Part shown: piece after piece, positions 21,483 through 33,799 of the stretch
Numbering within the stretch: position 1 is the first letter of the stretch
Layout: each line of letters starts with the position of its first letter
DNA from: Macrostomum lignano
Taxonomy: Eukaryota
Reading direction: 5' to 3'
Assembly: GCA_002269645.1 (NCBI GenBank)
Contig: NIVC01001873.1
Span: forward strand, 1 to 64,000
DNA length: 64,000 nucleotides
Translations under genes and position numbers: made by a program
The notes under the pieces: model-generated
Database searches by the model: none
What the model saw: the letters and a program-made list of their open reading frames with translations, nothing else
Told to the model about the DNA's origin: nothing

Positions 21483-22727
21483 TTTTTCAAAATTACTCTT
21501 AAAACGAACTCAGAAGAAGATCGGCTCCAATAAATGCTCACCCAGCGACTTGTGCACACTTGTGCTGATATACACTGTAGATCTCAAGGTGTACTATAGT
21601 TAACTCAATGCCTCGATTCGAGCAATACTCATGTTCGCAATGGAAAGAACGGCCCTACAAAAGCTTATTAAGCTATTAAGCAATCTTTGAATAGTTTCTG
21701 GGGGCTGTTTTTGTCGCCAACTGGCAGGCAGCGACTTCAACCGCAGCCTCTTCGCTGCTTTGGGTAACTCTGCCCTTCAGCTCTGCCTTTGTGCAGGAGG
21801 ATGAGAATGAGCGGAAGGGCGCAGAATCTCAGCTAAAAGCATGCGCACAGGAATTCAGCATCTCCTCTCGATTTTCCCAAAACTCCATTAATAACAGTCC
21901 GCTAGCCCCGCCACACTGGGCTGCCCCACCATGCTTTGAGCTGCTCACAATAGAGCTGTCTTCATTTTTTATAATCTTTGCACTCATTGCTGCACTCCAA
22001 TATAAATACGCTATTTAATTCTGTAGGGCTTCGATTTTATTAAGGAACTCTGAGCACTCTACTGTGGACACAGGAGTAAGTAAGCTTTTATATTGCTATT
22101 ATTTTTTCGACAAAGAGTTTGAATCGTGCGCTGGAGTAAAAATATTCATACCAAGGACTACTAAAATAGAAGGACGGGAGACTACGTTTCTAGGAAAATT
22201 TAGGGAGGCCGCGGTTTTACTGAAAAAATACATGACGGGGGAATTAGGTTTATGTGACAATTTTATATCTTATATGTGTATGTCGTGTGCCTAAAAATCA
22301 TGCAAAACTGACACAACTTGATTCATTCGTTTTACTGAAGTATATTACGAAGTATGAAGTATGAAGTTTTTATCATGCTTAGTTTATTGACTGTGACACA
22401 AAATTCATTTTTAGCTTCAATTGTTCAAACATTCGGACAAATAGCAGAATATTGACTAGGCTAGGCTTTTTTCAGAAGCATGGCCTATATTAGCTATACC
22501 TGTACATTAATATAATTAAAGCCTTTTATTCTACGTTAACGAAGGCTCACTACTGAGTGTAGACAAAGAAATTTTGTTATTATTAGCTAAGCATGACAAA
22601 AAGATTCATTAAACGAAAAAATCAATTAGTTGTGCATGTAAGTTTTGTATGACTTGTAGGCACCGGACATGTACTTAGGATATAAAATGAACATGAATCC
22701 TGTATTTTCCCAAAAAAGCTCTACAAA

Positions 22728-22882
22728 TATCAATAGAGCTGTAAGAAGGGAGTGTCATATCAAAAGATGAACATTGGGTCTGCCTTGTATTAAAAGCAAG
22801 TACAAAATTTGTGCTTAAATATGAAAAACTCCATTCTCCGTACATTTCTTTGGTAAAACTCCTAAAAATTGCAAAGAAACAT
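22728..22882 (+). repeat. Dispersed repeat, copy B
   Basis: Homologous to 5150-5332. Confidence 0.7.
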
Positions 22883-23145
22883 TTGGCTGATAGCAAGTTT
22901 ATGGTGATACTCGCTCAATTATGTTCTCCTAAGTCCTAACTGATTTTCTCAACGGTAAGTAGGTTTTTACCATAAACTGTGCCATACACTGTAGGTCTAG
23001 AAATTAGCGTTTTAGAACGATGCATCAAAGAGATCAGATAGGATTTGCAAGCATTTTGCAATGGAGCTCTGCTTCTGCTTCTTCCAGAACAATTTCTAAC
23101 TTAAGACATGCTTGATACATAAGTCAACATTTGAGTCTAGCAGGA

Positions 23146-23255
23146 AGGGTGTTGGCCAACTGGGTTTTTCGTCAGAACCGCAGTGCCCCAATGGGCATCC
23201 TGGGTCCAAAACCCCGATGCCCAACTGAAAACCAGGATCAATCAATCAAAAAGTT
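23146..23255. repeat. Dispersed repeat, inverted homolog of 10857-10975
   Basis: Begins AGGGTGTTGGCCAAC; aligns by eye in reverse complement to 10857-10975. Confidence 0.55.
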
Positions 23256-24237
23256 CGCAGCTAGCAAAATTCCCTTTGACGGATTTCTTTTAAATTCCTA
23301 ACTAATATATAATTACACCGAATTGTCATTTTAATTTGTCAAGACAAGACAGTCAAGTTCTCAATACGAACTCATTGCTATTTGCCGCTCACTTTCATAA
23401 TATTACTAAGCTAATAAACTGAGCCGTCAAATCTCTTAGAAAATTTTAGAATACAATGAAAAAATTATTTTTCCAGAGAAACGATTCGCAGTTTGAATTC
23501 AAAGAAAAACTGGTATGAATTTAACATTAGAGTTTTCTTTCTAATTTAATACTATTTCAGTTCCAGTTCTGCTAAAACCTACCATTGCACGTCTCCGCAG
23601 ACTCTGTGCGGTTCTCGGGTGAAGCAATTCATTGTAAATAATCGACTAACAGTAAATAATTCCTAGTATTACTAAATAAAAATTTAGAATTTTTTCTTCA
23701 TTTCAATTCAATGCTCGCGGCAACCAAGAGCTCACGGAGCATTCAGTAGCATTCTCAGCTGAAAGGGCCTGCTGGCAGACGAGCGCATGGCTGGCTGAAA
23801 AAGGGGATCATAAATTATTGGCGTTGCTACCGTGAGTTCAGCCATGGCTATGAAAATATAAATATTAAGTTAATATCAAGATAAAAATAGCTTTGAAATA
23901 TGAAATATGCTTCTAATCTATTTCTGCTGCAGCTGATTAAAATTGCAGTTCAGAATTTTTTTTTGTTCGTTGAATATGGATAATAACCATAAAGTCATAA
24001 ATATTCTGATGGCCAAAGTAAAAGCCTGTACAAGTGATGAAATTTTACCTTAGCCTGCAATTCATTCAGTTGACTAGAGCCTGAAAATTGGAGCAGTCTA
24101 CTTCGAAGACAGGTAAATACATTCGAACAGCTTGCTCAGGATCTGCCATGAGTTGATTGTAATCACAAGATGAGTATAAACATTTATTAGGGTCACGAGT
24201 GCCTCAATAATTGAATTAAAATGCAGAAGCTCCACAG

Positions 24238-24759
24238 CTAAACTCTGTTTGCACGCTCAGCATCCCGCAGGAGCCATCTGTCGTCAGCTGCCGTTACCGT
24301 GTCGTCCTCTTCATCTTCTCTCCCGGATTCGCTGTCGAAGCCCTCGACTTCAGCGCTTGCACTGTCGCTGCAACCGGCGAGGCCGGCCAGCACCGAGTCC
24401 AGCTCGATCATCTCTTGCTCCTTGGCGCGCTCCAGGCGCCGAACTGTCGCTCCGACTTCGCCGGGAAAGGCGCCGTCCGCCACAAAGACAGTGTTGCGTT
24501 TCCTGCAGAAGACAAGCGACAGCAGAGTGAGCAGGGCGACAGTGCAGAGCAGCAGGCAGGCGATGACCAGCAGGCCGATCTCGCTGGCGTCCCAGCCGCC
24601 GGCACTGAACTCCAACGGAGCGAAGCCGTCGCCGCCGTGGTGGCCACCGCCGCCAATGTCCCGTCCAGCTCCGCTGAAAAGGACACGCCGATGCGCGGGA
24701 TACTTCAGCTGCTGCTGATGCTCGTCCGCCAGCCAGGTGGCCGTGCTGGGCTCGGCCAT
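24238..24759 (-). CDS. Uncharacterised single-pass membrane protein, 173 aa, intronless
   Basis: GC-rich codon style like neighbouring genes; good ATG context (GCCGAGCCCAGC follows; CTCTCATGGCC); one hydrophobic helix IGLLVIACLLLCTVALLTLLSLVF followed by CRKR stop-transfer; acidic cytoplasmic tail. Confidence 0.7.
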   Translation of the reverse strand: MAEPSTATWLADEHQQQLKYPAHRRVLFSGAGRDIGGGGHHGGDGFAPLEFSAGGWDASEIGLLVIACLLLCTVALLTLLSLVFCRKRNTVFVADGAFPGEVGATVRRLERAKEQEMIELDSVLAGLAGCSDSASAEVEGFDSESGREDEEDDTVTAADDRWLLRDAERANRV

Positions 24760-25679
24760 GAGAGAGCGAGAGCGCTATTGAGCAGCCTTCTGTGTACAGC
24801 CTAAAGTCCGACATGGGGCGTTGGAGCTCGCCCGCTTAGAATAAGAAGTCAGACAGCAGCTTCGTGGGGCGTCTGTCATTGGTTCTGAGGTCTTGCACAA
24901 AAGTATGCGCTCTGCGATTGGGTTCTTCTCTAGTTCTAGCGCTGCGGGATTACTCTGACAGGCACCAGCTGGAGCGTTTGCGAGTCATGCAAAATTTTCT
25001 GAAGGCCGACTTGCTCCTTTCAGCTGTTTAACACTGAATTTATAATGGTTTTATTTCGAGCAATCGTATGTGTTTCGAAGTTGATCTAGTAAACCTAGTC
25101 AATCCGAGTTTGAAACATAGCCATAAAAAACCCGACTTTCTTCTCGCGAACAGGACGGATATACTTATGTGGAATTTACTTGGTCTCAGATAGCTCGCCT
25201 GCTGGATACAAAAGTGTTGACAAACTAGGAAGAACTTACGTGAGTATGTAGACAAAAAAGTATACAAGGCATCATTTTCGCCCTTCTGGTGTTACTAGTG
25301 GTGAGTTGGAGGGTTACATTGCCCCCCAACTCGATGATTGTGCAGGTTAAGTTGTTCCTTGATTTGATTTTTTCGGCAGCCGTTTGGTTATTTGCGAATG
25401 CGAAAAGACAGGAAAGGTTCGAGCGATATTTGCAGTTTGCGGCGAACTTGGCTAACGGAATTTCCTGCAGATCAGCGCTTTTTGAACAAACCAACTTTAA
25501 TGAGCCTCGGTTGAGTTTTCATGCTGGTGTGTGCGCTCAGATGGAGCCAGTTCCGTCTTGGCGGAGAAAATTAGCCTTGCTATTCCAGAATGAAATCGGT
25601 GTGAGCCTAGGGACCGACGGGAAAGTCAATTCGCAGTCTTCGAAGCCATGCAGCAAGGAGTCCCTCTGACCCATTAGCA

Positions 25680-25870
25680 CACACAGATACGCACACAGGG
25701 TGCACAATGGTCCTCATCAGGCAGTGGACACACTCTGTACCTTGGGGGTTGATTCTAATGGGTTGTCTCACGCTGGTATCTAACGACTGTCCTCACGAGC
25801 GAAACCGATCGAACTCAGGGACTTTCGAATAAGAGTCAGACGTGACACCGCTAAGCCAATCAGACCGGAC
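25680..25870 (-). mobile_element. Possible degenerate tRNA-derived SINE
   Basis: Minus-strand A-box-like TGGCTTAGCGG (25858-25848) and B-box-like GAGTTCGATCGG (25816-25805); no full cloverleaf. Confidence 0.35.
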
Positions 25871-26810
25871 TCTGCAAAGGCACACGAGTCAATAAATGTA
25901 CTGCAGTGCATAATTTGATATATATCCTTAGATTGCATCAAATACTACATGTATAAAATTTCGATTGGCACATAGTAGCGGAGGTTAGTATAAAAATATA
26001 GTATAAAGCTTAAGACATTTTTAAATTTAGGTGTACCTGCTTTTAATGAACTAGTTTTCTGAGTTGAGACCTGATTATTAGTGAGCAGAGCCCGGTAGAA
26101 GCGCAAGAGTTTCAATATAGGCACCAAACCGAATTTCATCTCGTTCAAAAAAACTCGGCGACTTCTTCACGCATGCATTTTTCTGCTATCCTCATTAATC
26201 CAAATCCCAATAACGAGCCCAGCGACTGTCTTCGCTTTGCATGGGAACCGAGACTCAAAGCTCTTAGCTGCGCTAAGCCAGCTTCATCTGAGCTCTTCTC
26301 TCGCTTCTCATAATCCGAAACTTTCTGAAGCATTCGAAACTATCCAAAAAACACCCAGAAATTGTATAAAAGTAGCTACAGATAATAAAAGGGTAAAAAA
26401 CGATTTTGCTTCAACTGAATCTTCAAAAAAGTCAATCAATAGAGTCATTATATTCCTTTTAGTTTGCATCAAGACAACCAGATAGACTACTTGCCTATAA
26501 AGGGGTTACAGTAATAGTGAGTTACAAAACTACAATAAAAACGCAAAGCCACAAGAATTCCCATTGAGCATGCATTGAACGGATGAATAATATACAAAAA
26601 ACGGAAATGCTTCACAAGATTGAAGACTAAAAAAAAACCGCAGCAGCGAATGCCGCACGCTGATGGCAAAGGAATTGCCAGAAGCACGGAGATGCATTAG
26701 CAAACAGGATTAGCGAGAAAGGCTGCGCTCAGAGAGATACGCATCTGATAACCGAAGACAGGCGCGGCCCAGAGGCGTTGGGGGAAAGAGAATGGGCAGC
26801 TGGACTTGTA

Positions 26811-26907
26811 GGCATACATGTGCGCTACTATAATGCATTGGAATATCAAGTACGGCATACATGTACGCTACTATAATGCATTGGAATATCAAGTACGGCA
26901 TACATGT
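26811..26907. repeat. 43-bp tandem duplication
   Basis: GGCATACATGT(G/A)CGCTACTATAATGCATTGGAATATCAAGTAC twice plus a partial third copy. Confidence 0.9.
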
Positions 26908-27244
26908 AAGTCAGCTCGACTTTTTTTCCTTTAACGCCTGAGCCGCTGTGATAGTAGCTAGGTTTGGCCAGCAACAATCGTTTCGCAACCTATCGAGCGA
27001 CTGTCAAACACGCGAGGCGACAATTTTTACACTTTAGCTGACGATATTCATACTGCCAATGGTTTTCGATTTGAGATCTGTATATTCAATGGTTAACGCT
27101 TATTTACATTCATAATTGGTACAGTCAACCAACAACAACAACGCAACAAAATATACTCAGCAACATCGAAAAGTCGCCACCACAGAAGATTCCGTCTGTG
27201 GTCGCCACTTTTGAGAGTGCAGGCAAAGTCTCTCAATCTTTGCG

Positions 27245-28925
27245 AGTGACGCAACTTAGCTACGCCGCGGCAGACTTGAGTTGAGGAATGCAGTGGGGGA
27301 GCGGGTGTGCGAGGGTTGAACGGATTAAAGCTACCTCGATCAGTTTTCTCGCCTGCAGCGTTAGCAGTGAGCAGTACTCGGCTTCGATGAAATGGCCTGC
27401 CAGCTGGAGTCGCCGACGGCGCAACAGTTCGCTAGGAACAGGCCGGTGCGGTGATAGAGTGCCGCATCGGTGACTCGCTCGTAGCCGATCTTGAAGGCGG
27501 CGCTGCATCGACCTGCTGTTCGAGCGAATCCGTCAGCGTCCAGGTCTCGGCGTTGTACAACAGGACGGTCTCGATCACCGCCTGGAACAACGCCGCCCTC
27601 TGGCGGTCAAGCAGGGCCTCGGACTGCAGGACTGCCCTCACAGAACAAAAGGCAGTCTAGGCAAGTCCACGGCGACGTCGCAGATCCTTGCGAACGTCGG
27701 GCACCAGACCGCCGAGGTAGACGAACTGCTGACAGTGTGGAAGCCTCTTCACCTGCCCGTCAGCGCTTCGGCAGAAAAAAGCAGCCACAATGTCATCCGG
27801 CACACAGAGCACGACGGTTTTCTGCGCGTTGACCACCAGGCCGACGCTCGCGGCAACGCTTACCAGCCGGTCCAGCTGGCGCTGGGCGCCTTCGACGGTC
27901 GAGGACAGCTGGGCGTATCGAGTTCGCTGGCGTAGCCAAGCACACTGAGCCGCCTCTCCTGTCGGCGTCGACCCACGCGCCGCTGCAGTAGGAAGCCGTC
28001 GTCGTTAGAAGGGAGAGCAGTCCGCAGCAACCAGTCAAGCACCAGAACAAACAGGAACGGCGCAAGCGCATCACAGAAGCGCTCGTGCCGTGATAAAGAG
28101 CTATGACAGCGGAAATCAGCTGCTCTGGCACCTTATACGCACGAAGCATCACTGGGAGCGCAGCATTCACTACCGAGTCGAAAGCCTTCCTGAAGTCAAT
28201 AAAGAGAGCAATCAGGCTCGACAGGCGAATCCGCGCTTTCTTAATGACTCGGCGAAGAGCCAGGATCTGCGCCACCGCGCCGCGATGGGGCCGGAACCCG
28301 TTCTGCCCAGGCCGCAAACACGGATCAAGCACGGGCTGCAACCGCGATAGCAGCATTCGGTTAAACAGCTTCGCAGCGCAGGACTGCAGCCAGACACCTC
28401 GGTGCTCCTCGATCGAGCCGTGTGGTGCACGGCTTCTTCGAAAATAGCGACGATGTGCGCCGCGGTCCATTAATTGGGTGCCGCCTCACCTCACGATTCA
28501 TCACGTTGGCGACCTCGCTGGCCACACAGTGGAGTCGCAGCGCCTCGAGTCGCAGCGCCTCGACCCAGCGCTTATATTGCTGCCCGGAGTCCTCAGGCTG
28601 TGCTGACTGTTGCTACACTGAAACTCTCCTCTGCCGGCAACGGTGTCCCCGGCGGCAGCCTTAGATCGTTTGACAGCGGGGGCGGCGGCGCGTTGACGAT
28701 GGCGGCGAAGAACTTGATCAGCTCATTTGTGCGCTCATCAGAGTGTCGCCAGCCAGGTTGAGCAAGATGCGCCGCTTCCGCCCGGTCAGAGAGTTGATGG
28801 CGGACCAGGCTACGCGCCATTTGGCGTCGGGTCCAGCGGCGGTGACGGCCTGGATGACGTCGTCAACACGGCCTGTTGCTGCAGCAGGTAGACAGCCGCC
28901 AGAGCCTCCGCCTCGCGAGAAAGCC
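27245..28925 (-). mobile_element. 5'-truncated, decayed RTE-type non-LTR retrotransposon
   Basis: AAKLFNRMLLSRLQPVLDP..GQNGFRPHRG..QILALRRV...FIDFRKAFDSV, FLFVLVLDWLLR, damaged LGYA(DD), GLVVNAQKT, LFQAVIETVLLYNAETWTLT. Multiple frameshifts. Confidence 0.9.
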
Positions 28926-29556
28926 TCTAGTTCGTGTCTACATGTTTAGTGCATCTTTATACGTACACTTGTACGAGTGTATATTAAAATCCAACATACT
29001 TTATAAAATTCTAAACCAGCTAGCATCTACCCATACTGCTAGCTAATTTTTGTGTAAGTCTGTTGTTACTGCATGATTTCTATAAAAAGCACAATAACTT
29101 CTAGAGGTATGCTGTAAAGAGATTATTATATTAATATTTATGTCCATACATGCAGCATGCTCTGCACCAAGAACAAACACAAAGTTGAGTAGCAGCTTTT
29201 TTAGGACCTGAAAATGTCAGTCTGTATTCATGATTAAATGTCACAGAAACCCGGCAAATAATTTAGCAAGCACAGATAACGCTCATCAGCAAGATTGCAA
29301 CTTTAGTAACGCAATTAACCGGCTATCAAAGTGCTGTCGCTGTAGTAAAACATGCCTGTTCAGCTTAAGCACTGTTTGCGTGCGCTATTGTTTGTCAGTC
29401 AGTTGCGAATCCAGTGCAGTTGATGTATTGTTCAGCCAGCTAACAGTCGCAGTTAGACACGATGTTCATCTTAATAATGTCCTGAATATTGTGCCTGATT
29501 CTGATCAAATTGTAGAGATCTCCAAATACGGTTACAAAGTAAAATACTATAAGTAG

Positions 29557-30140
29557 CAGTGTTTTTTTTTCGCTATTGATTAGTACCCGAATTGGGGTAT
29601 CAAGCCTCTGAGTAGTACCCCATTTTGGAGGAGTAATACCCCATGAAATTTCTAATTTTGCCTCTGTAGTTTACTTGAATTCTTATAAAAATTGATTCTG
29701 GCGCAGTCAAATAACTTAATCAAGACTATATTTAGAGTTAAAACACAGCTGCTAATGTTTGACTGCATTCTTGTGTCTTTCGTTGAAGGCTGAACAAGCT
29801 AGATTTCGAAATTTCAAGTAAATTAGATGGCGTTGCAGTATCGCAATCTAATCTAAATCTAATTCCAATTAGATCAGTTTCCAATTCCAACCCTCTCTCA
29901 CTTTTAGAGTTTTAGCCTGACAGTCTGACTCACCACACGAGTGGATATACCTTAGTACAAAGACCCATACCAGCCCAGTCAGAATTTTAATTGAACAGCA
30001 AATTTTAGAAAAAAGCTTAACTTGTTTGAATTAAAGTCGAAAAAATAGTACCCCATTCTGGGGTATTAATGGGCAAAATAGTACCCCAAATCAGTTGACT
30101 AATACCCCATGGGGTACTAATTGGGGTAAAAAAAACCCTG
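29557..30140. mobile_element. hAT MITE, 584 bp, with perfect TSD
   Basis: TIRs CAGTGTTTTTTTT / AAAAAAAACCCTG; perfect 8-bp TSD ATAAGTAG (29549-29556 and 30141-30148); subterminal TACCCC/GGGGTA motifs at both ends. Confidence 0.88.
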
Positions 30141-32098
30141 ATAAGTAGTGACGTAAAGATGCGAAAAACTTGAATGCTAAAAACTGCAAATTGTCACACA
30201 CTATTTTTAAGACCACGAAAGCAACAAATGACCATCTTTTGCAACATTTAAATTTAGAACTCTGAATATGGTAATCGAGGCTCAAACCTAATATATTCTA
30301 TAGGGGTCAAATTTCCAAAACGCAAAACTGTCACCTGCTAAAAAGAATCTGTTTTTCACGAAATTTTACTATAAATACAAGCCAAAATCTGAGCTAAAAA
30401 ATCTCAGACTCGGAGCAGCCTCCAAACATCTTGAGCTTACTGCAGAAGCTACTCGAGGCTACATCTCTGAGGGAGAAGTAAACCAATTGGTGATCCTTTG
30501 TTATTTGGATTAATTGAGAGCGATTCATTGCCGGCCGTTACTGTTCAGTTGATTTTACTGAGTCTATTGAGTTTGAGGCCCCCCTTTTCCTAAGGGATTG
30601 GATAGGATCTGCGGAACGATTCCGATACCCTTAGAGGATTATCGAGTTATTGATTTTGGATTATCCTAGATTAACCGATAGGAGCACACGACTCCGATTC
30701 CGTTAGTTCTAGAAGAAGACGCCCTTTCTGGAGGACCTCGTATTGTTATAGAAGTTGATTTTTTGTTATTAGGGCGCATCGTTGATATTGATTTCTGAAT
30801 CCGAGGCCTATATTGATTTCCGTATTCGAGGAATAAAAAAAGTCGACGGATTAAATTGTTACGCTCTCACCTTCGGCCGATTTTAGACTTCAAGACTACC
30901 CCGGGAGGAACATACGGAGACGAGCTCTACAGACACGCGCGACAAAGAAGAGGAGCCCGCAACAGTAAGTGATCACTGATTTTGTTCCCAGGCTTAAGTG
31001 TCTGGAAGTGGGAGTTTTCGGGTGACTGATCACCACCCGATCAAACTCTTCAAAATGAGGCGGTTCACGCACACCCTAACAGCAGAAAATGTAGGCATGA
31101 CTTGGTGATCAGAAACATTTCTCAGTCACTAGCTTAAACCTTGTGCTAACATGTGCCAGCTACCTCTGCGCGTGGTACAACAGGAAAGCATGGACTCCAA
31201 ACTGCTTTCAGTTGATGAGACATGTGCAATATTCAAAGATTCAAATTGCACATGGATATTTTCCCGATCGTATTAATTCAAGTATAAGTAGAGTTGCTAC
31301 ATGATAAACGGAATTGAGGGCGAGGTATTGTTTTAAAGCAAAAACTACATAGCAAAATAGAGTAAATTTTGGTTGTCAAAAAAAAACATGCACTTAAGTT
31401 TTCTTATATATTTTTGAGTAAATAATTACTTTAGAAATTGCCAGGAACTAAATGATGGTTAAAATAAAAAAAGTTGAAACTAATTTTTGCACAGTAAAAC
31501 TAATGACTCGCTATAGAAGTAGAAATTGAACACAACACTCACGGGATTGATGTAAGGTGCTCAGCATTTTATTGAGCAATTGAGCAGTACATTTCCGTTC
31601 AAAATTAAAGCCACAAAGAAAACATAGCACTCGTATAAGCACAAGTACGCATAAATGAAGAAATAAACATTGGATGCAAATACAGTTGAAAATAGCCAAA
31701 GACAATTGTATTGAATTAAAATGCTGGACTGCTTAAACTATTAGTAGCAAAACTATTAAACAGATACATTAATTGCGGTATCGGATCAATGCTTAAATCA
31801 ATTTTCTCCCATTAATGAGGCAATAAATCCTCAAGGTAAAGTGGCCAATCATAGTGTGGTCTTTAATTAAGCACCTGGGATTCGACTATAAAAGTACATT
31901 ATCAACGCTGAACGTTTTATTAACGTGTTCAATTAATATTGAAGTCGCAATTTGGCTTAGCGAAACCCGCAAAAAGCCGAGAACCTTAAACACGTTGAAA
32001 ACCAAATAAGGATTCAGTGTTCTCAAAGCTAAAAAATGTTAGGGAAACACCTTGGCAGCTCAAACCCCAAGCACTGAAGCACCAAGGTGAACAGAAAT

Positions 32099-33799
32099 CT
32101 ACTCAGGTGTCACTGGACTCAACAACATCAAGCACGTCCGCCATAGTCGCCCTGACGTCGGAATCGAAACTAGCATCGCCTTGATCTGGGGGCCGCAGCT
32201 GGCAGAGCTAGGACCGGCGTGCGGCCTGCGGCTGCGCGAAGAGCCGGCAGCGGGGCCGATGGCAGCGGTGCAGGTCTGACAGCAGTACCGGTGGCGCCCA
32301 GTTTTCATACCAGCGCAGGTCACGTGACGAGCATCGGCGCCGCACACGTAGCAGATTTTCAGCAGCCACACGCCGTAATGGTCCACCTCCGGGTCTGGAC
32401 AGTCCGGGTGGCTGCATAGGCGCGGTCGGTAGCGGTGGGACGCGTAGGCGTTTTCGTCGAGCTCCCAACTGGCATCGCGACACGGAATCTCGATGCCCTG
32501 ATCCAGCAAGGCGTCCCTGAACTTCTCAGTGTTGGCGCACAGGGGACACTTGATAAAGTGACTACCGGCTGAGTTGGCGTAGGCCTGCGGGATTGGCAAA
32601 TTGGATTTCTCAGTGCTTTATTTCTGGTGTTTTGGCATAGCAACTGTCTAACTAATGCAAGCTGACCGCGTCTGAGAGCGAAACAACTGGAAAATCAAGC
32701 AGTGATTCATTTCTGGTGTTTTGGCATAGCAACTGTCTAACTTATGTATTGACTAATATCACTGAATGGGTTGAATTAATAGGATTATACAAAACTGTTC
32801 TTCTTTTATTGTCGCCAAATTTGCTTTCACAGAATTTGTCCATGGTGAATGTCTGTAGCCGAATTGGTGAACCGCACCCCTAGCCAATATTCGGACACAC
32901 AAGAGCAGAAAATGAACGTGGCCGCACGGAATCGAACAGGCATACGAGTACAAAATGTAGGCAGCAAAAAATTGCAAGGTAGCACACCTGAGCACAGGAC
33001 CGGTGGCAGAAACAATTCCGACAGCAGAGACCGAACACGACATTGCGATAGGCATCAGCAGCCTCTAGAAGAAGAGGCTCCAAGCAGACTGGGCAGGAGA
33101 GTTCCACTGGCTCGGAGTTATCAGCTGGCAATGCTGCTTCCGGCTGCTCCCGACTCTGCAGGCGGACCGTGGCGCACCGCTCCTTGAAGGTTTCCAGAAG
33201 CTTCTGTGGCCAATGCGCTGGGCAGTGAAGAGCGAAGGAGCCGGCGTGAATGAGCAGCGCCCCGGCATGCTTAGCGCAGGGCAGGTGATAGCCGCGTGAG
33301 CAGCGGGGCTCCTGGCAACCGGCAGTGGCACCGCAGCGCCTACAGTGGCTGCAGCGGAGCCGCTGACCCCTGCGAGCCTCGCGCTCCAGACTGGTCAATT
33401 CAAATCCGGCCAGCGAGTTTGGAGGCTGAACCTCATCATCAGGATCAGCGAGCTGGGGCAGAGCGCTGGCGAACAGCATACACTTATAGTGGGCAGCCAC
33501 AGACGAGGCAGAGTCGCAGCGCAAGTCCAGCCAGCTGAGATCTGCCTTTTCTGGCAGCGGCGCCTGCCAGCACAACAGACAGCGATTGGCATCGCAGGCG
33601 CTGCTCACGGAGATGGACTGCCGTCGGTTTCCCGACGCCTGTGACAGACGCTTGCGTCCGGCAACAGTTTTTTTTTGCCGCTGCTGAGCAGAGACTGGCA
33701 CATTACCGGACTCCTTCAGCGCTGTGGCAGCCGAAGATGGCACAGCGTCATCGCCATTGACGGCGGAGAGGTGGCGCTTGCGCGGCAGGAACAATAAGA
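32099..33799 (-). CDS. PHF7: PHF7/G2E3-like PHD/RING finger protein (5' end unresolved)
   Basis: Exons ~33799-32988 and 32584-32099 (CAG|GTGTGC...CCGCAG|GCC). Extended PHD (CLLC...AHYKCMLFASAL...CSHCRRCGATAGC...YHLPC...HCPAH), CPVC...CC..CFCHRSC, then KCPLC...GIEIPCRDASWE and a third PHD (CYVCG...HVTC...CCQTC). No HECT domain seen. The symbol denotes the family; orthology not proven. Confidence 0.8.
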
